Assembly (NCBI GenBank): GCA_964546995.1
Contig: CAZJKO010000001.1
Span: forward strand, 8,504-72,503
Direction: 5' to 3'
Length of the DNA: 64,000 bases
Origin: an uncultured Muribaculaceae bacterium
GTDB taxonomy: Bacteria > Bacillota_I > Bacilli_A > RF39 > UBA660
Positions within the stretch are counted from its first letter, which is position 1. Every line of letters starts with the position of its first letter. The position numbers and the translations under genes are program-made. The notes under the pieces are model-generated. The model saw only the letters and a list, made by a program, of their open reading frames with translations, made no database searches and had not been told where the DNA came from. Below, piece by piece: positions 10,234 through 22,659 of this stretch.

Positions 10234-11149
10234 CTTTACTCCTTTTGACAATTAAGTTTTGAACGACGGTGAAAAGATTTGTCGTAATCCAGTAAATCCC
10301 TAATGCGGCTGGCATAAAGAGACCCATGATGATGATCATTCCACACATAATTAATGGCATATGTTTCATTGCAGGATCGCTTGTCGTACTAGTGGTATTT
10401 AACTTAAATGAAAAATATGTTGAGATAGCAATGCATAGTACTAAAACGATATAAGCATAAAAGTTTTCTTTAGCAAATCCAACCATTGGAGTCGTTCCTA
10501 ATTGTAGAAATAAGAATTTTTCTTCAAAAATGGCAGGGACTCTATTAATGGCTTCTAAGAAAGCAATGAATAACGGCAATTGCAAAAAGGCATACAAACA
10601 TCCAGATAAAGGATTGATATTATATTTTTTATAAATCAAAGTCATTTCTTGACTTTTTTTCATCATGGTTTCTTGATCTGTCTTTCCTTCATATTTCTTT
10701 TCGATACGAGCAATTTCTGGTTGGGCTTTCTTAATTAGTTCTGATTGTAGTGCTGTTTTTCTTGTAATCGGATAAGCTATGAGTCTTATAGCAAGACTTA
10801 CAAATATTAACGATAATCCATAGCTACCAATGTATTTTCCTAACCAAAGAATGACAAAAGCAAGGGGTTTTACGAGCAATGTTGCCCAAAGTCCTTCATA
10901 CTTGCCAGAATTCATTTTAAATTCACTACACTCTGGCAATTCATCTATTTTCACTTTGTTTTCTTCATAGATTTTTATCGTTTCTTGATCTTTTGGCCGA
11001 CATAAGATGTTTTCCGTTAAGTTTTGTCCTGTTTCAGGGTTTTTTACTGCCTTTTTATTATTGTCTGTCATTGTTTTGGTGCATCCTGTTGAAATCACTA
11101 ATAATAAAATGAGAAGTACTACTTTCCATTTGTTTTTATTTTTCGGCAT
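10214..11149 (-). CDS. yidC: Membrane protein insertase YidC/OxaA (lipoprotein type)
   Basis: 311 aa; lipobox LVISTGC; conserved 60-kDa inner-membrane insertase core. Confidence 0.85.
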   Translation of the reverse strand: MPKNKNKWKVVLLILLLVISTGCTKTMTDNNKKAVKNPETGQNLTENILCRPKDQETIKIYEENKVKIDELPECSEFKMNSGKYEGLWATLLVKPLAFVILWLGKYIGSYGLSLIFVSLAIRLIAYPITRKTALQSELIKKAQPEIARIEKKYEGKTDQETMMKKSQEMTLIYKKYNINPLSGCLYAFLQLPLFIAFLEAINRVPAIFEEKFLFLQLGTTPMVGFAKENFYAYIVLVLCIAISTYFSFKLNTTSTTSDPAMKHMPLIMCGMIIIMGLFMPAALGIYWITTNLFTVVQNLIVKRSKDAHGKA

Positions 11150-11495
11150 TGGTTTTCTCCTTTTCTTGATTGTTTATTTTCCTTATTATATTAAGGAACG
11201 ATGCTTCTAATTCTTGATAAGAGCTATCTACACAGCTCTTTCTTATTATTATAATATAATCTCTATTATTTTGGTAGAGTTTTTTATGTTTATCTATGAT
11301 ATTTCTCATCTGGCGTTTTAAATGATTTCTTACCACAGCATTCCCTACTTTGGTTCCTACCGATATTCCAAAACGATAATTATTTTCTTTATTTGCTTGA
11401 TAATAAAGGACAAAATGATGGTTTTTATTCCCTACTCTTTTTTCAATGATTCGGTTAAAATCACGGTTTTCTTTGACGATATTTTTCTTTTTCAT
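11136..11495 (-). CDS. rnpA: Ribonuclease P protein component RnpA
   Basis: Internal ATG at 11495 with a GGAGGAG RBS; basic 119-aa protein (NRIKRRLR-like motif) directly downstream of rpmH; the 5' part of the longer track ORF is not coding. Confidence 0.8.
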   Translation of the reverse strand: MKKKNIVKENRDFNRIIEKRVGNKNHHFVLYYQANKENNYRFGISVGTKVGNAVVRNHLKRQMRNIIDKHKKLYQNNRDYIIIIRKSCVDSSYQELEASFLNIIRKINNQEKEKTNAEK

Positions 11496-11541
11496 GACTC
11501 CTCCACTTATATAAAAAAACCACCGTTTTCGAGTGGTATTC

Positions 11542-11664
11542 TTATTTTGATAATTGTTTACGACCTTTTTGACGACGTCTATTAATGATTCCTGCTTCCA
11601 TTCTTGCAAAAAATCCATGTTTTTTCGCTTTTTTACGATTATTTGGTTGATAAGTTCTCTTCAT
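11542..11664 (-). CDS. rpmH: 50S ribosomal protein L34
   Basis: [22 protein letters not shown]... matches L34; RBS GGAGGTGG precedes the ATG at 11664. Confidence 0.85.
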   Translation of the reverse strand: MKRTYQPNNRKKAKKHGFFARMEAGIINRRRQKGRKQLSK

Positions 11665-11754
11665 TCTTTCCACCTCCAGACATAAATCTACATTATTATA
11701 ATCAAAAAAATATTCGATTGTCAATGAAAACCATCAATTTATTTGATTATTCTA

Positions 11755-11950
11755 TTTTATTTTTTCCACATTATTAACAGACCTGTTTATATCTTTTTTC
11801 ACCATGTTGATAATTTTTTTTGCCTCTTGTGGAAAAAATGGGAATTTCTTTTTTATATAACTATTTGGTTTGTGGATAAGATTGTGGAAATCATGTGGAT
11901 AATCTTTTTTTTCTATTTTTAGTCTTGCTATTCATGTGGAAAATAGATAC
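11755..11950. promoter_or_regulatory. oriC DnaA-box cluster upstream of dnaA (incA/incB-like)
   Basis: Perfect TGTGGATAA at ~11871-11879 and ~11894-11902; one-mismatch boxes (TGTGGAAAA / TTTTCCACA) at ~11761, ~11828, ~11884, ~11935; the gene-strand switch occurs here. Confidence 0.8.
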
Positions 11951-12020
11951 AATAATGGTGACTTTGATAATTCTATTCGCTTGTTAGTTATTAGCTTACA
12001 AGTACAGGGGAAGTGGTAGG

Positions 12021-13409
12021 ATGGATGTCGTCGTTTTATGGACGAATTTTTTAAATCAAATAAAAACGGAAATTACATCGCTTTCTTTTGAGACTTGGTT
12101 TAAGGAAACGGAACTTTATGAACTGAAAGATGGGAAAGCAAAAGTCATTGTACCAATGCCTATACATAAAAAGCATTTGCGTGACAATTATCAGGAGTTA
12201 ATGATTGAAACTCTCAATCATGTTACTGGTACAAACTTTGAAATAGAGTACTTTTTAAAAGATGAAATCGAAGAAGTGGAATCTAATTCTTTAGAGATCA
12301 GTGATGGAGTAGGGAAGATGGTTATTTCTAGTGGAGTTCCTTACAATAATCCAATCGATTCTAATCTTAATAAAAATTATAATTTTGATAATTTTATTGT
12401 TGGAAATAGTAATAAGTTTGCTCATGCGGCAGCTTTATCTGTCGCCGAAAATCCTGGAAAAATGTATAATCCGTTATTTATTTATGGCAATAGTGGGCTA
12501 GGGAAGACACATCTTATGCATGCGATCGGGAATTATATCATACAAACTTCCAATAAAAAAGTCCTCTATGTTACGAGTGATCAATTTATTCAAGATTTCA
12601 TTGGTATTAATAAGAAAGATTCATCTGGTACGAATTTTAATTATGTCGAGTTTTTCAAAAATAAATATCGCAATGTCGATGTTCTCATCATTGACGATAT
12701 TCAATTCTTAGGAGGAGCAACACAGACACAGCAAGAGTTTTTTCATACCTTCAATACACTATATAGTGATAGTAAACAGATCATTATTTCTTCAGATCGA
12801 TCTCCTGATGATTTAAAATTGTTGGAAGACCGTCTTCGAACTCGGTTCTGTTGGGGATTAACTGTCGATATCTTTCCTCCTGACTTTTCCCTTCGAGTCG
12901 CTATTCTAAAGAAAAAAATATCCGCAGGATCTGTGGAAAAAAATATTCCTGAAGATGTCATCGAATACATTGCTTCCAACATGGGAAGTGACGTAAGACA
13001 GCTTGAAGGGTCCATTACGAGACTGGTCGCTTATTCTACTATTATGGGTGGTGCTTCGATCACAGTAGAACTTGCCATTGAAGCATTAAAAGACTATATT
13101 AACAAAGGAATCAGCGAGAAAGATGATGTAAGACGGATTCAAAAAGTCGTCAGTGAATACTTTCAAATTTCTATGGAAGATATTCGGTCAAAAAAGAGAA
13201 GTAGCAATATCGCTTTTCCAAGGCAAATTGCTATGTACCTTTGTCGCAAAATGACAAACGAATCCTTTCCTAAAATAGGAACAGAATTTGGTGGAAAAGA
13301 TCATTCTACAGTCATGCATTCTGTCGATAAAATAGAAAAAGAAATTGCTACCAATAAAGAACTTTTTAATATTATCGAAAAATTGAAGAAGGATATTGGG
13401 GGAGGGTAG
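12021..13409 (+). CDS. dnaA: Chromosomal replication initiator protein DnaA
   Basis: 462 aa; AAA+ Walker A GNSGLGKTHL; C-terminal DnaA-box-binding helix. Confidence 0.95.
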   Translation: MDVVVLWTNFLNQIKTEITSLSFETWFKETELYELKDGKAKVIVPMPIHKKHLRDNYQELMIETLNHVTGTNFEIEYFLKDEIEEVESNSLEISDGVGKMVISSGVPYNNPIDSNLNKNYNFDNFIVGNSNKFAHAAALSVAENPGKMYNPLFIYGNSGLGKTHLMHAIGNYIIQTSNKKVLYVTSDQFIQDFIGINKKDSSGTNFNYVEFFKNKYRNVDVLIIDDIQFLGGATQTQQEFFHTFNTLYSDSKQIIISSDRSPDDLKLLEDRLRTRFCWGLTVDIFPPDFSLRVAILKKKISAGSVEKNIPEDVIEYIASNMGSDVRQLEGSITRLVAYSTIMGGASITVELAIEALKDYINKGISEKDDVRRIQKVVSEYFQISMEDIRSKKRSSNIAFPRQIAMYLCRKMTNESFPKIGTEFGGKDHSTVMHSVDKIEKEIATNKELFNIIEKLKKDIGGG

Positions 13410-13548
13410 TTGTGGATTTTCATTCATTTTTCCACAACTTATCCACAAGAAAAAAAAGATAAAACTACTTGTTTATCACGGAAAAAAAGAATTATCCACA
13501 TTTTCCACAGTAATAATATAAAAACATATATAAGAAAGAAGGAATATT
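13410..13548. promoter_or_regulatory. oriC second DnaA-box cluster plus AT-rich unwinding element between dnaA and dnaN
   Basis: Perfect TTATCCACA at ~13439-13447 and ~13492-13500; TTTTCCACA at ~13428 and ~13501; a nearly pure A/T stretch 13511-13534 follows. Confidence 0.75.
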
Positions 13549-13550
13549 AT

Positions 13551-14678
13551 ATGAAATTAACGATTAAAAAAGAAGTATTACTAGAAGCATTAAATAAAGT
13601 TAGTAAAGCCATTTCTACTAAAAACTTAATTCCTGTATTAGCAGGTATTCGATTTGAACTTACAAAAGAAAAGTTGATTTTAACTGCTAGTGATAATGAT
13701 ATTACGATTCAAACTTTTATTTTAAATGATGATAAAGAAAAAATGACAGTAGAAGAAGAGGGTAGTATTATTATTCAAGGAAAGTATGTTTTAGATATTG
13801 TAAGAAAATTACCTGATGACTATATTCATATTGAAGTCATCGATGAATTAAAAATTCTTATCTATACACAGAATAGTGAATTTAATTTAAATGGGATTAA
13901 TGAACGGGAATACCCAAATATTAATCTTGAGGAAAATAAAAAACCAATTATTTTATCGAGTAAAGTATTTAAAGATATCGTTTATCAGACTTCGTTTGCA
14001 GCATCTACAGACGAATCAAAGCCAGTGTTAACAGGAATCAATTTTAAAATAGTTGGCAACGTTTTAGAATGTAATTCTACGGATAGTTATCGTTTGGCTC
14101 GGAAAATTATCAATTTAGATTCTGTTATTGAAGAAAATTATAATGTGGTTATTCCTAGTAAAAACTTAGTTGAGTTTACTAGAATTATGGGGGAGACGGT
14201 TCCTACACTTGAGTTACATATCTTTAATAATAAAATTCTCTTTAAGTACGATAATATATTGTTTCAATCTAGGCTTATTAATGGAACTTATCCTAATACT
14301 TCTAATCTGATGCCTGATGAAAGTATGCTTACTATTACGGTTCCTTTAACGGCATTTTATAATGTGATCGATCGAGCTAGTATTTTAACTAGTGATAAAG
14401 AAAAGAACATTGTTACCTTAGAAACAGTGGATAATAAGCTTATATTAAGGTCTAGTTCTTTGGAAATTGGCCGAGTAGAAGAAAAAATGGATGTTGTTAA
14501 GAATAATCAGGAGAATATTCGAATTTCTTTTAGTGCTCGTTATATGATGGAGGCTTTGAAAAGTTTTTCCACAGAAACGGTGGAACTTCACTTTGTTGGG
14601 GAAGTAAAGCCAATCATTATTAAAGATCCAAATGATGGTACATTAACGCAGTTAGTTTTACCAATTCGTACATATTAA
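13551..14678 (+). CDS. dnaN: DNA polymerase III beta sliding clamp DnaN
   Basis: True start is MKLTIKKEVLLEALNKV at 13551 (RBS AGAAGGAA); the upstream part of the track ORF is origin DNA. Confidence 0.9.
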   Translation: MKLTIKKEVLLEALNKVSKAISTKNLIPVLAGIRFELTKEKLILTASDNDITIQTFILNDDKEKMTVEEEGSIIIQGKYVLDIVRKLPDDYIHIEVIDELKILIYTQNSEFNLNGINEREYPNINLEENKKPIILSSKVFKDIVYQTSFAASTDESKPVLTGINFKIVGNVLECNSTDSYRLARKIINLDSVIEENYNVVIPSKNLVEFTRIMGETVPTLELHIFNNKILFKYDNILFQSRLINGTYPNTSNLMPDESMLTITVPLTAFYNVIDRASILTSDKEKNIVTLETVDNKLILRSSSLEIGRVEEKMDVVKNNQENIRISFSARYMMEALKSFSTETVELHFVGEVKPIIIKDPNDGTLTQLVLPIRTY

Positions 14679-14683
14679 ATATG

Positions 14684-14721
14684 AAGAATTTACGAAAAAG
14701 AAAGTAAATTCTTTTTTTTTC
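14684..14721 (+). terminator. Rho-independent terminator after dnaN
   Basis: Perfect 10-bp stem AAGAATTTAC / GTAAATTCTT, 10-nt loop, followed by a T9 run. Confidence 0.7.
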
Positions 14722-14813
14722 GTGTTTTTTCGACATAATTCTTCTTTTTTCGACAATTCTTTGTGCTAGGTTAGTGGCTATAACTTTTTCAAGTTATTGA
14801 AGGGGGTGATGTT

Positions 14814-15260
14814 ATGGATTGTTATGAAATCAATGAAGATACGCTTGCCATTTTGCCTGATGGTCATTATACTTCAAAGGTTATTGAACAAGATACTACT
14901 TATTTGATTCCTAGAAATCCTTATCGTATTATGGATGATAGTTGTCAGTATTTTGGAAGTAGTTTTGATGGAAGAGAAAAAGGAAGTAAGAGTATTCTTG
15001 GTTCTAGTTATAAGGTTCCCATTATCGTTGAAGAAATACGAGGACTTATCTTTTTTCCAACTGTTTCTAGAACCAAAGAAGAGTGTTGTTGGATTGGATT
15101 AAATCACGTAAAATCCTATGAAAAAAGTGGTACTAATACGAAAATTATTTTTCATAATAACAATTCTATTGTTGTTCCAGTATCGTATCAGTCTTTTCAA
15201 AATCAACTATTTCGGGCGACAAGATTAGAATCTGTTATAAAAAAGAGAGTAAATAAGTAA
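14814..15260 (+). CDS. comK: ComK-family competence transcription factor homolog (short form)
   Basis: Aligns with B. subtilis ComK: CYEINEDTLAILP / SYEVNGATIAVLP, DDSCQYFGSS / DRSCRFFGSS, IFFPTVS / IFLFPTLS, CCWIGLNHV / CGWISHVHV, PVSYQSFQNQLFR / PISYNSFENQVYR. Confidence 0.75.
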   Translation: MDCYEINEDTLAILPDGHYTSKVIEQDTTYLIPRNPYRIMDDSCQYFGSSFDGREKGSKSILGSSYKVPIIVEEIRGLIFFPTVSRTKEECCWIGLNHVKSYEKSGTNTKIIFHNNNSIVVPVSYQSFQNQLFRATRLESVIKKRVNK

Positions 15261-15374
15261 ATTTGCTCTCTTTTTGTAGGAAAAAACGAATATTTATGAT
15301 ATAATAATCTTGTATGTATAGGAGTATTTGTAATAGGGGATAGGTGATTTTATGGGGTTTTTGAGGCGTTATAG

Positions 15375-18432
<3,058 letters not shown>

Positions 18433-18447
18433 TGGGGGTGATGTAAT

Positions 18448-20928
18448 ATGGAAAATATTGAAAATATGGAAAGTAAACTAATTAATGTTAATATTTCGGA
18501 TAAAATGCAATCGGCTTTTCTAGATTATTCGATGAGTGTTATTGTTGCTCGTGCTTTGCCTGATGTTCGCGATGGTTTGAAACCTGTTCATCGACGCATT
18601 TTATACACGATGTTGGAGGAAGGCTTTACGCCTGATAAAAAGTATGTTAAGAGTGCCAATACAGTCGGAAATGTACTAGCACACTATCATCCACATGGGG
18701 ATACTGCTGTCTACGATACGATGGTGCGTATGGCACAGGACTTTAATTATCGTTTTCCACTTGTCGATGGTCACGGTAACTTTGGTTCGATTGATGGTTA
18801 TTCAGCGGCAGCACAGCGTTATACGGAAGCAAAATTATCAAAGATTTCGATGGAGCTTTTAAAAGATCTCAATAAAAATACGGTCGATTTTGTGGATAAC
18901 TACGATGGAGAACGAAAAGAACCATCTGTTTTACCATCTCGATTTCCCAACATTTTAGTCAATGGTACGATGGGTATTGCTGTTGGTATGGCTACCAATA
19001 TTCCTCCTCATAATTTAGGTGAAGTGATCAATGGTTGTATTGCAAAGATTGATAATCCACTTATTACTACAGAAGAATTGATGGAGTATATTAAAGGTCC
19101 TGATTTTCCAACTGGTGGTATTATTTTAGGAAATAGTGGTATTCGTAAAGCTTATGAGACGGGTAAAGGTGTTGTTGTTATTCGGGCTAAGGCTTATATT
19201 GAAGAGCATAATAATCGTCAGAGAATTGTCATTACCGAAATTCCTTATCAAGTGAATAAGACATCTCTTATAACGAAGATCGCTGATTTGGTACGAAATA
19301 AGCAAATAGAGGGTGTTTCTGATCTTCGTGATGAAACAGACCTTAAAGGTATTAAAATCGTTGTAGAGGTCAAAAAAGAGGCAAATGCGAACGTTGTATT
19401 GAATAATTTATATAAATATACGCAACTACAAGTTTCCTATGGAATTAATCTTTTAGCACTCGATGATGGACAACCTAAGGTATTGACTTTAAATGAAATT
19501 TTAGAGAAATATCTTAATCATCAAAAGATGGTTATTATCCGAAGAACGCAATTTGATTTAGATAAAGCAGAGCGACGCGCCCATATTTTGGAAGGATTGA
19601 AGATTGCTCTTGATCATATTGATGCCATCATTGATTTGATTAAAAACTCGAAAACAGATGAAGAAGCTGCTAATGGATTGATGAATCAATATCATTTGAG
19701 TGAATCTCAGGCTCAAGCTATTTTGGAGATGAAACTTCGTCGTTTGACTGGTTTAGAGAAGGAAAAAATTGAATCTGAACTTGCTGAACTTATGAAGACG
19801 ATTGAAGATTTACGTGCTATTCTTGCTAGTGATGAACGTATTTTAGGTATTATTAAGGACGAGATGATTGAAATTCGGGACAAGTATTCGGATGAGCGAA
19901 GGACGGCTATCGATATGACGGCGATCGAATATATTGAAGATGAGTCGTTAATTCCTGTGGAAAACATTGTTATTACTCTTACCAATAAAGGGTATATTAA
20001 GCGAGTTCCTGTGGATACTTATAAATCACAAAATCGTGGAGGAGTCGGCGTTAAAGGGATGACGACGAATGAGGAAGACTTTGTGGAACATTTGGTTTCT
20101 ATGGAAACTCACGATTATGTGTTATTTTTCTCTAATAAGGGTAGAGTATATCGTATTAAGGGTTACGAAATTCCAGAATATGGAAGACAATCTAAGGGTC
20201 TACCTATTGTTAATCTATTGTCTTTAGATAAAGATGAATATGTTAATTCGTTGATTTGTATTCGTGCGGATGATGAAGCTAAGTATTTATTGTTTGTAAC
20301 AAAAGGTGGACTTGTGAAACGTACAGATATTAGTGAATTTGATAATATTCGTACGAGTGGTAAGATTGCAATTATTCTTAAAGATGATGATGAATTGATT
20401 GCTGTTCGTAAAACAACAGGGGATAATCAGATCATTATTGGTACTAGCAGTGGTCGTATGGTTCGTTTTGAAGAAAGTGAAATAAGAGCTATGGGACGTA
20501 GTACTTCTGGAGTAAGAGGTGTCGATTTAGGAGATGCTCGCGTTGTTGGTAGTGAAGTTGTTTATGATGATCAACAAGTGTTAATTGTTACAGAAAAAGG
20601 ATATGGCAAGAAGACTTCTATTTCTGAATATCGTTTAACACATCGTGGTAGTAAAGGTGTTAAGGCATTAAACATTACTGAGAAGAATGGTAATATGGTT
20701 GCTTTGAAATGTGTTTATGGTGATGAAGATCTAATGATTATTACGGATAGTGGTATCATTATGAGGATGCCTATGGAACAAATTTCTACTTTAAAAAGAG
20801 CAACACAAGGTGTTCGTCTCATCAATTTGAAAGATCAACAAAAAGTAGCTACTGTCGCAACTCTTGCCAAAGAAGAGGAATCTTGCAATGATGAACAGAG
20901 TGTATCTATGGAAAACGAAACTGAATAA
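18448..20928 (+). CDS. gyrA: DNA gyrase subunit A
   Basis: 826 aa; QRDR region [10 protein letters not shown]; active-site Tyr region; C-terminal beta-pinwheel repeats. Confidence 0.95.
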   Translation: MENIENMESKLINVNISDKMQSAFLDYSMSVIVARALPDVRDGLKPVHRRILYTMLEEGFTPDKKYVKSANTVGNVLAHYHPHGDTAVYDTMVRMAQDFNYRFPLVDGHGNFGSIDGYSAAAQRYTEAKLSKISMELLKDLNKNTVDFVDNYDGERKEPSVLPSRFPNILVNGTMGIAVGMATNIPPHNLGEVINGCIAKIDNPLITTEELMEYIKGPDFPTGGIILGNSGIRKAYETGKGVVVIRAKAYIEEHNNRQRIVITEIPYQVNKTSLITKIADLVRNKQIEGVSDLRDETDLKGIKIVVEVKKEANANVVLNNLYKYTQLQVSYGINLLALDDGQPKVLTLNEILEKYLNHQKMVIIRRTQFDLDKAERRAHILEGLKIALDHIDAIIDLIKNSKTDEEAANGLMNQYHLSESQAQAILEMKLRRLTGLEKEKIESELAELMKTIEDLRAILASDERILGIIKDEMIEIRDKYSDERRTAIDMTAIEYIEDESLIPVENIVITLTNKGYIKRVPVDTYKSQNRGGVGVKGMTTNEEDFVEHLVSMETHDYVLFFSNKGRVYRIKGYEIPEYGRQSKGLPIVNLLSLDKDEYVNSLICIRADDEAKYLLFVTKGGLVKRTDISEFDNIRTSGKIAIILKDDDELIAVRKTTGDNQIIIGTSSGRMVRFEESEIRAMGRSTSGVRGVDLGDARVVGSEVVYDDQQVLIVTEKGYGKKTSISEYRLTHRGSKGVKALNITEKNGNMVALKCVYGDEDLMIITDSGIIMRMPMEQISTLKRATQGVRLINLKDQQKVATVATLAKEEESCNDEQSVSMENETE

Positions 20929-20954
20929 AGTTACATAATATTTATAGCAAGTAT

Positions 20955-20993
20955 AGCAAGGCTAATTACAAATAATAGCCTTGCTATTTTTTT
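20955..20993 (+). terminator. Rho-independent terminator after gyrA
   Basis: Stem AGCAAGGCTA / TAGCCTTGCT (10 bp perfect) followed by T8. Confidence 0.75.
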
Positions 20994-21242
20994 GGCATAC
21001 AATTCATTCAAGTGACAAAAACTGTGGATAAAATATTTTCATAATATAAAATATTGTGTATAATTTTACTAAAGAAGTAATTTTCTATATGGTTATTGCT
21101 ATATTATTTTAAAATGTCGAGTTAAATTGGGTTTATTAAAGCGTGAATATTCTCATAAAGTTTCGTTAATTTATATTACTTTATTTTGTATTTTAAAAGT
21201 ATTCTTTTATCGTATTAGTTAATAATATAGACTGTAATTGTG

Positions 21243-21260
21243 ATGTTTCACGTGAAACAT
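21243..21260. other. parS: parS centromere-like site (perfect ATGTTTCACGTGAAACAT)
   Basis: 18-bp perfect palindrome containing the 16-bp Firmicute parS consensus TGTTNCACGTGAAACA. Confidence 0.8.
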
Positions 21261-21468
21261 CAGATATAAGTTTCCGTTTTTACTATAAATACGAGATCGA
21301 TTTATATAAATAAATTCTAATCATGTAATTTGGAAGACGAATAGCGATACTATTTATGCTAAACTTGAAGTTGCATAACTGAATATGACTTTTATAAATA
21401 GCAATTTATATAATTATCAATCTTTTATCTAACGATCGGTTTTTTATGAGAAGTTAAAAGATATCATA

Positions 21469-21486
21469 ATGTTTCACGTGAAACAT
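21469..21486. other. parS: parS centromere-like site (perfect ATGTTTCACGTGAAACAT)
   Basis: Identical 18-bp palindrome, second copy. Confidence 0.8.
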
Positions 21487-21617
21487 TATATGAATATAAT
21501 TCTGAATGTTCGTTTGAACTATATTGTACTTCAAACTTAACTTCATATTTTTATGAAAAGAGTTTGTTTTTTAAAACTGATAGATTCATAATAATGCGAT
21601 ATGTAAATTCTTATACA

Positions 21618-21635
21618 ATGTTTCACGTGAAACAT
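21618..21635. other. parS: parS centromere-like site (perfect ATGTTTCACGTGAAACAT)
   Basis: Identical 18-bp palindrome, third copy. Confidence 0.8.
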
Positions 21636-21779
21636 TGTATTCTTTTTAAAACATTGATGCTTTGGCTTGTATAAAAGAGAAGTTCGTTTCATATCATATA
21701 GAACAATAATATTGGAACTGCTTAAAACAAAAAAACAAGAAAGGTGGCATGCGATTTAAAATAATCATCGTTTTCTATA

Positions 21780-21797
21780 ATGTTTCACGTGAAACAT
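21780..21797. other. parS: parS centromere-like site (perfect ATGTTTCACGTGAAACAT)
   Basis: Identical 18-bp palindrome, fourth copy; an ATGTTTCA half-site also occurs at ~21834. Confidence 0.8.
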
Positions 21798-21896
21798 TAT
21801 AGATGGTATTTATTAAATGTTGAAAGTTATGGGATGTTTCAAAGATCTAATTTTCCAAGCTTTATGTTTTTATATCGTTCTAAACATATAGAAATT

Positions 21897-21910
21897 ATTT
21901 CCCGGGAAAT
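21897..21910. promoter_or_regulatory. Perfect palindrome ATTTCCCGGGAAAT 5 bp upstream of a TATAAT hexamer (candidate operator)
   Basis: 14-bp perfect palindrome; a second, related copy lies upstream of dnaX at 22682-22697. Confidence 0.3.
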
Positions 21911-22047
21911 ATTACTATAATATTTGTACTTTTAAAAGTCTTTTTATCTGTAAAATTTTAATGTTAAAGTGTACAATTTTGATTTCGATGTTGATATTTT
22001 ATTTTTTAATTTACGTATTATGTTAAGTTGTATTGATACTAAAATAG

Positions 22048-22076
22048 TTGCATCAATTAATAAAATATATTATGAT
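22048..22076 (+). promoter_or_regulatory. Sigma-A promoter of the SRP RNA gene (-35 TTGCAT, 17 nt, -10 TATGAT)
   Basis: Canonical spacing; places the predicted +1 G at ~22083, the 5' end of the SRP RNA helix. Confidence 0.6.
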
Positions 22077-22082
22077 GTTGAT

Positions 22083-22160
22083 GGTGCAATGAATGTGATC
22101 GGAACCAGGTCAGGATTGGAAGATAGCAGCCTTAACGATTTTCATTCATGTGCACCTTTC
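22083..22160 (+). ncRNA. ffs: Small (4.5S-type) signal recognition particle RNA
   Basis: Contains ACCAGGTCAGG...GGAAG..AGCAGCC, the conserved SRP RNA domain IV; closing helix GGUGCAAUGAAUG / CAUUCAUGUGCACC; U-rich tail; same neighbourhood (tadA/dnaX) as scr in Bacillus. Confidence 0.75.
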
Positions 22161-22185
22161 TTGTATATAAAGTGAGGAAATTAGT

Positions 22186-22635
22186 ATGTCTGATATTGAA
22201 TATATGAATGTTGCTTACGAGCAAGCTTTGATTGCGTATAACATGAACGAAGTGCCTGTTGGTGCAATAATTGTTTATCATGGCCAAATTATTGCGAAGG
22301 CTTATAATCAAAAAGATTCTTCTAATTGTGTTACGAACCATGCGGAAATTTTAGCGATAGAAGAGGCGAGTCGTTTTTTGAAAAATTGGCGTCTTAATGA
22401 GTGTATTATGTATGTTACACTTGAACCTTGTCCTATGTGCGCGAGTGCTATACAACAGGCTCGGATTGATACTCTTTATTATGGTGCTTCTGCTATTAAT
22501 AAGGATAATTTGGAAATTGTGGATAAAATTTTTAATAGTGTTAATGCAAATCAAAAGGTTTGTTTAAAAGCTCCTGTATTAAAGGATCAATGTACAAAGT
22601 TACTACAAGATTTTTTTTCTAAAGTAAGAAAATAG
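22186..22635 (+). CDS. tadA: tRNA-specific adenosine deaminase TadA
   Basis: 149 aa; zinc-binding motifs HAEILAI and PCPMCASAI. Confidence 0.9.
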   Translation: MSDIEYMNVAYEQALIAYNMNEVPVGAIIVYHGQIIAKAYNQKDSSNCVTNHAEILAIEEASRFLKNWRLNECIMYVTLEPCPMCASAIQQARIDTLYYGASAINKDNLEIVDKIFNSVNANQKVCLKAPVLKDQCTKLLQDFFSKVRK

Positions 22636-22659
22636 ATGTTTTTAAGACGAAAAAACGTT

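Noticed and set aside
11496-11618. N-terminal 41-aa extension of the rnpA track ORF (and 11665-11724 for rpmH)
   Set aside because: Internal ATGs with strong GGAGG-type RBS give proteins of canonical length; the extensions have no RBS and run into terminator or origin sequence.
13410-13550. 5' extension of the dnaN ORF (MWIFIHFSTTYPQEKK...)
   Set aside because: This is origin DNA full of DnaA boxes; the dnaN start at 13551 has an RBS and matches the conserved DnaN N-terminus.
21243-21797. Possible CRISPR array (four identical 18-bp repeats)
   Set aside because: Repeats are perfect palindromes matching parS, spacers are unequal (149-226 bp) and far longer than CRISPR spacers, and no cas genes or leader are present.
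21969-22175. 68-aa ORF from the six-frame track
   Set aside because: It overlaps the SRP RNA gene and its promoter and lies in AT-rich spacer with no RBS. It is better explained as non-coding.
20929-22185. Expected rRNA operon after gyrA (as in B. subtilis rrnO)
   Set aside because: No 16S/23S-like GC-rich conserved sequence is present, and the region is AT-rich spacer.
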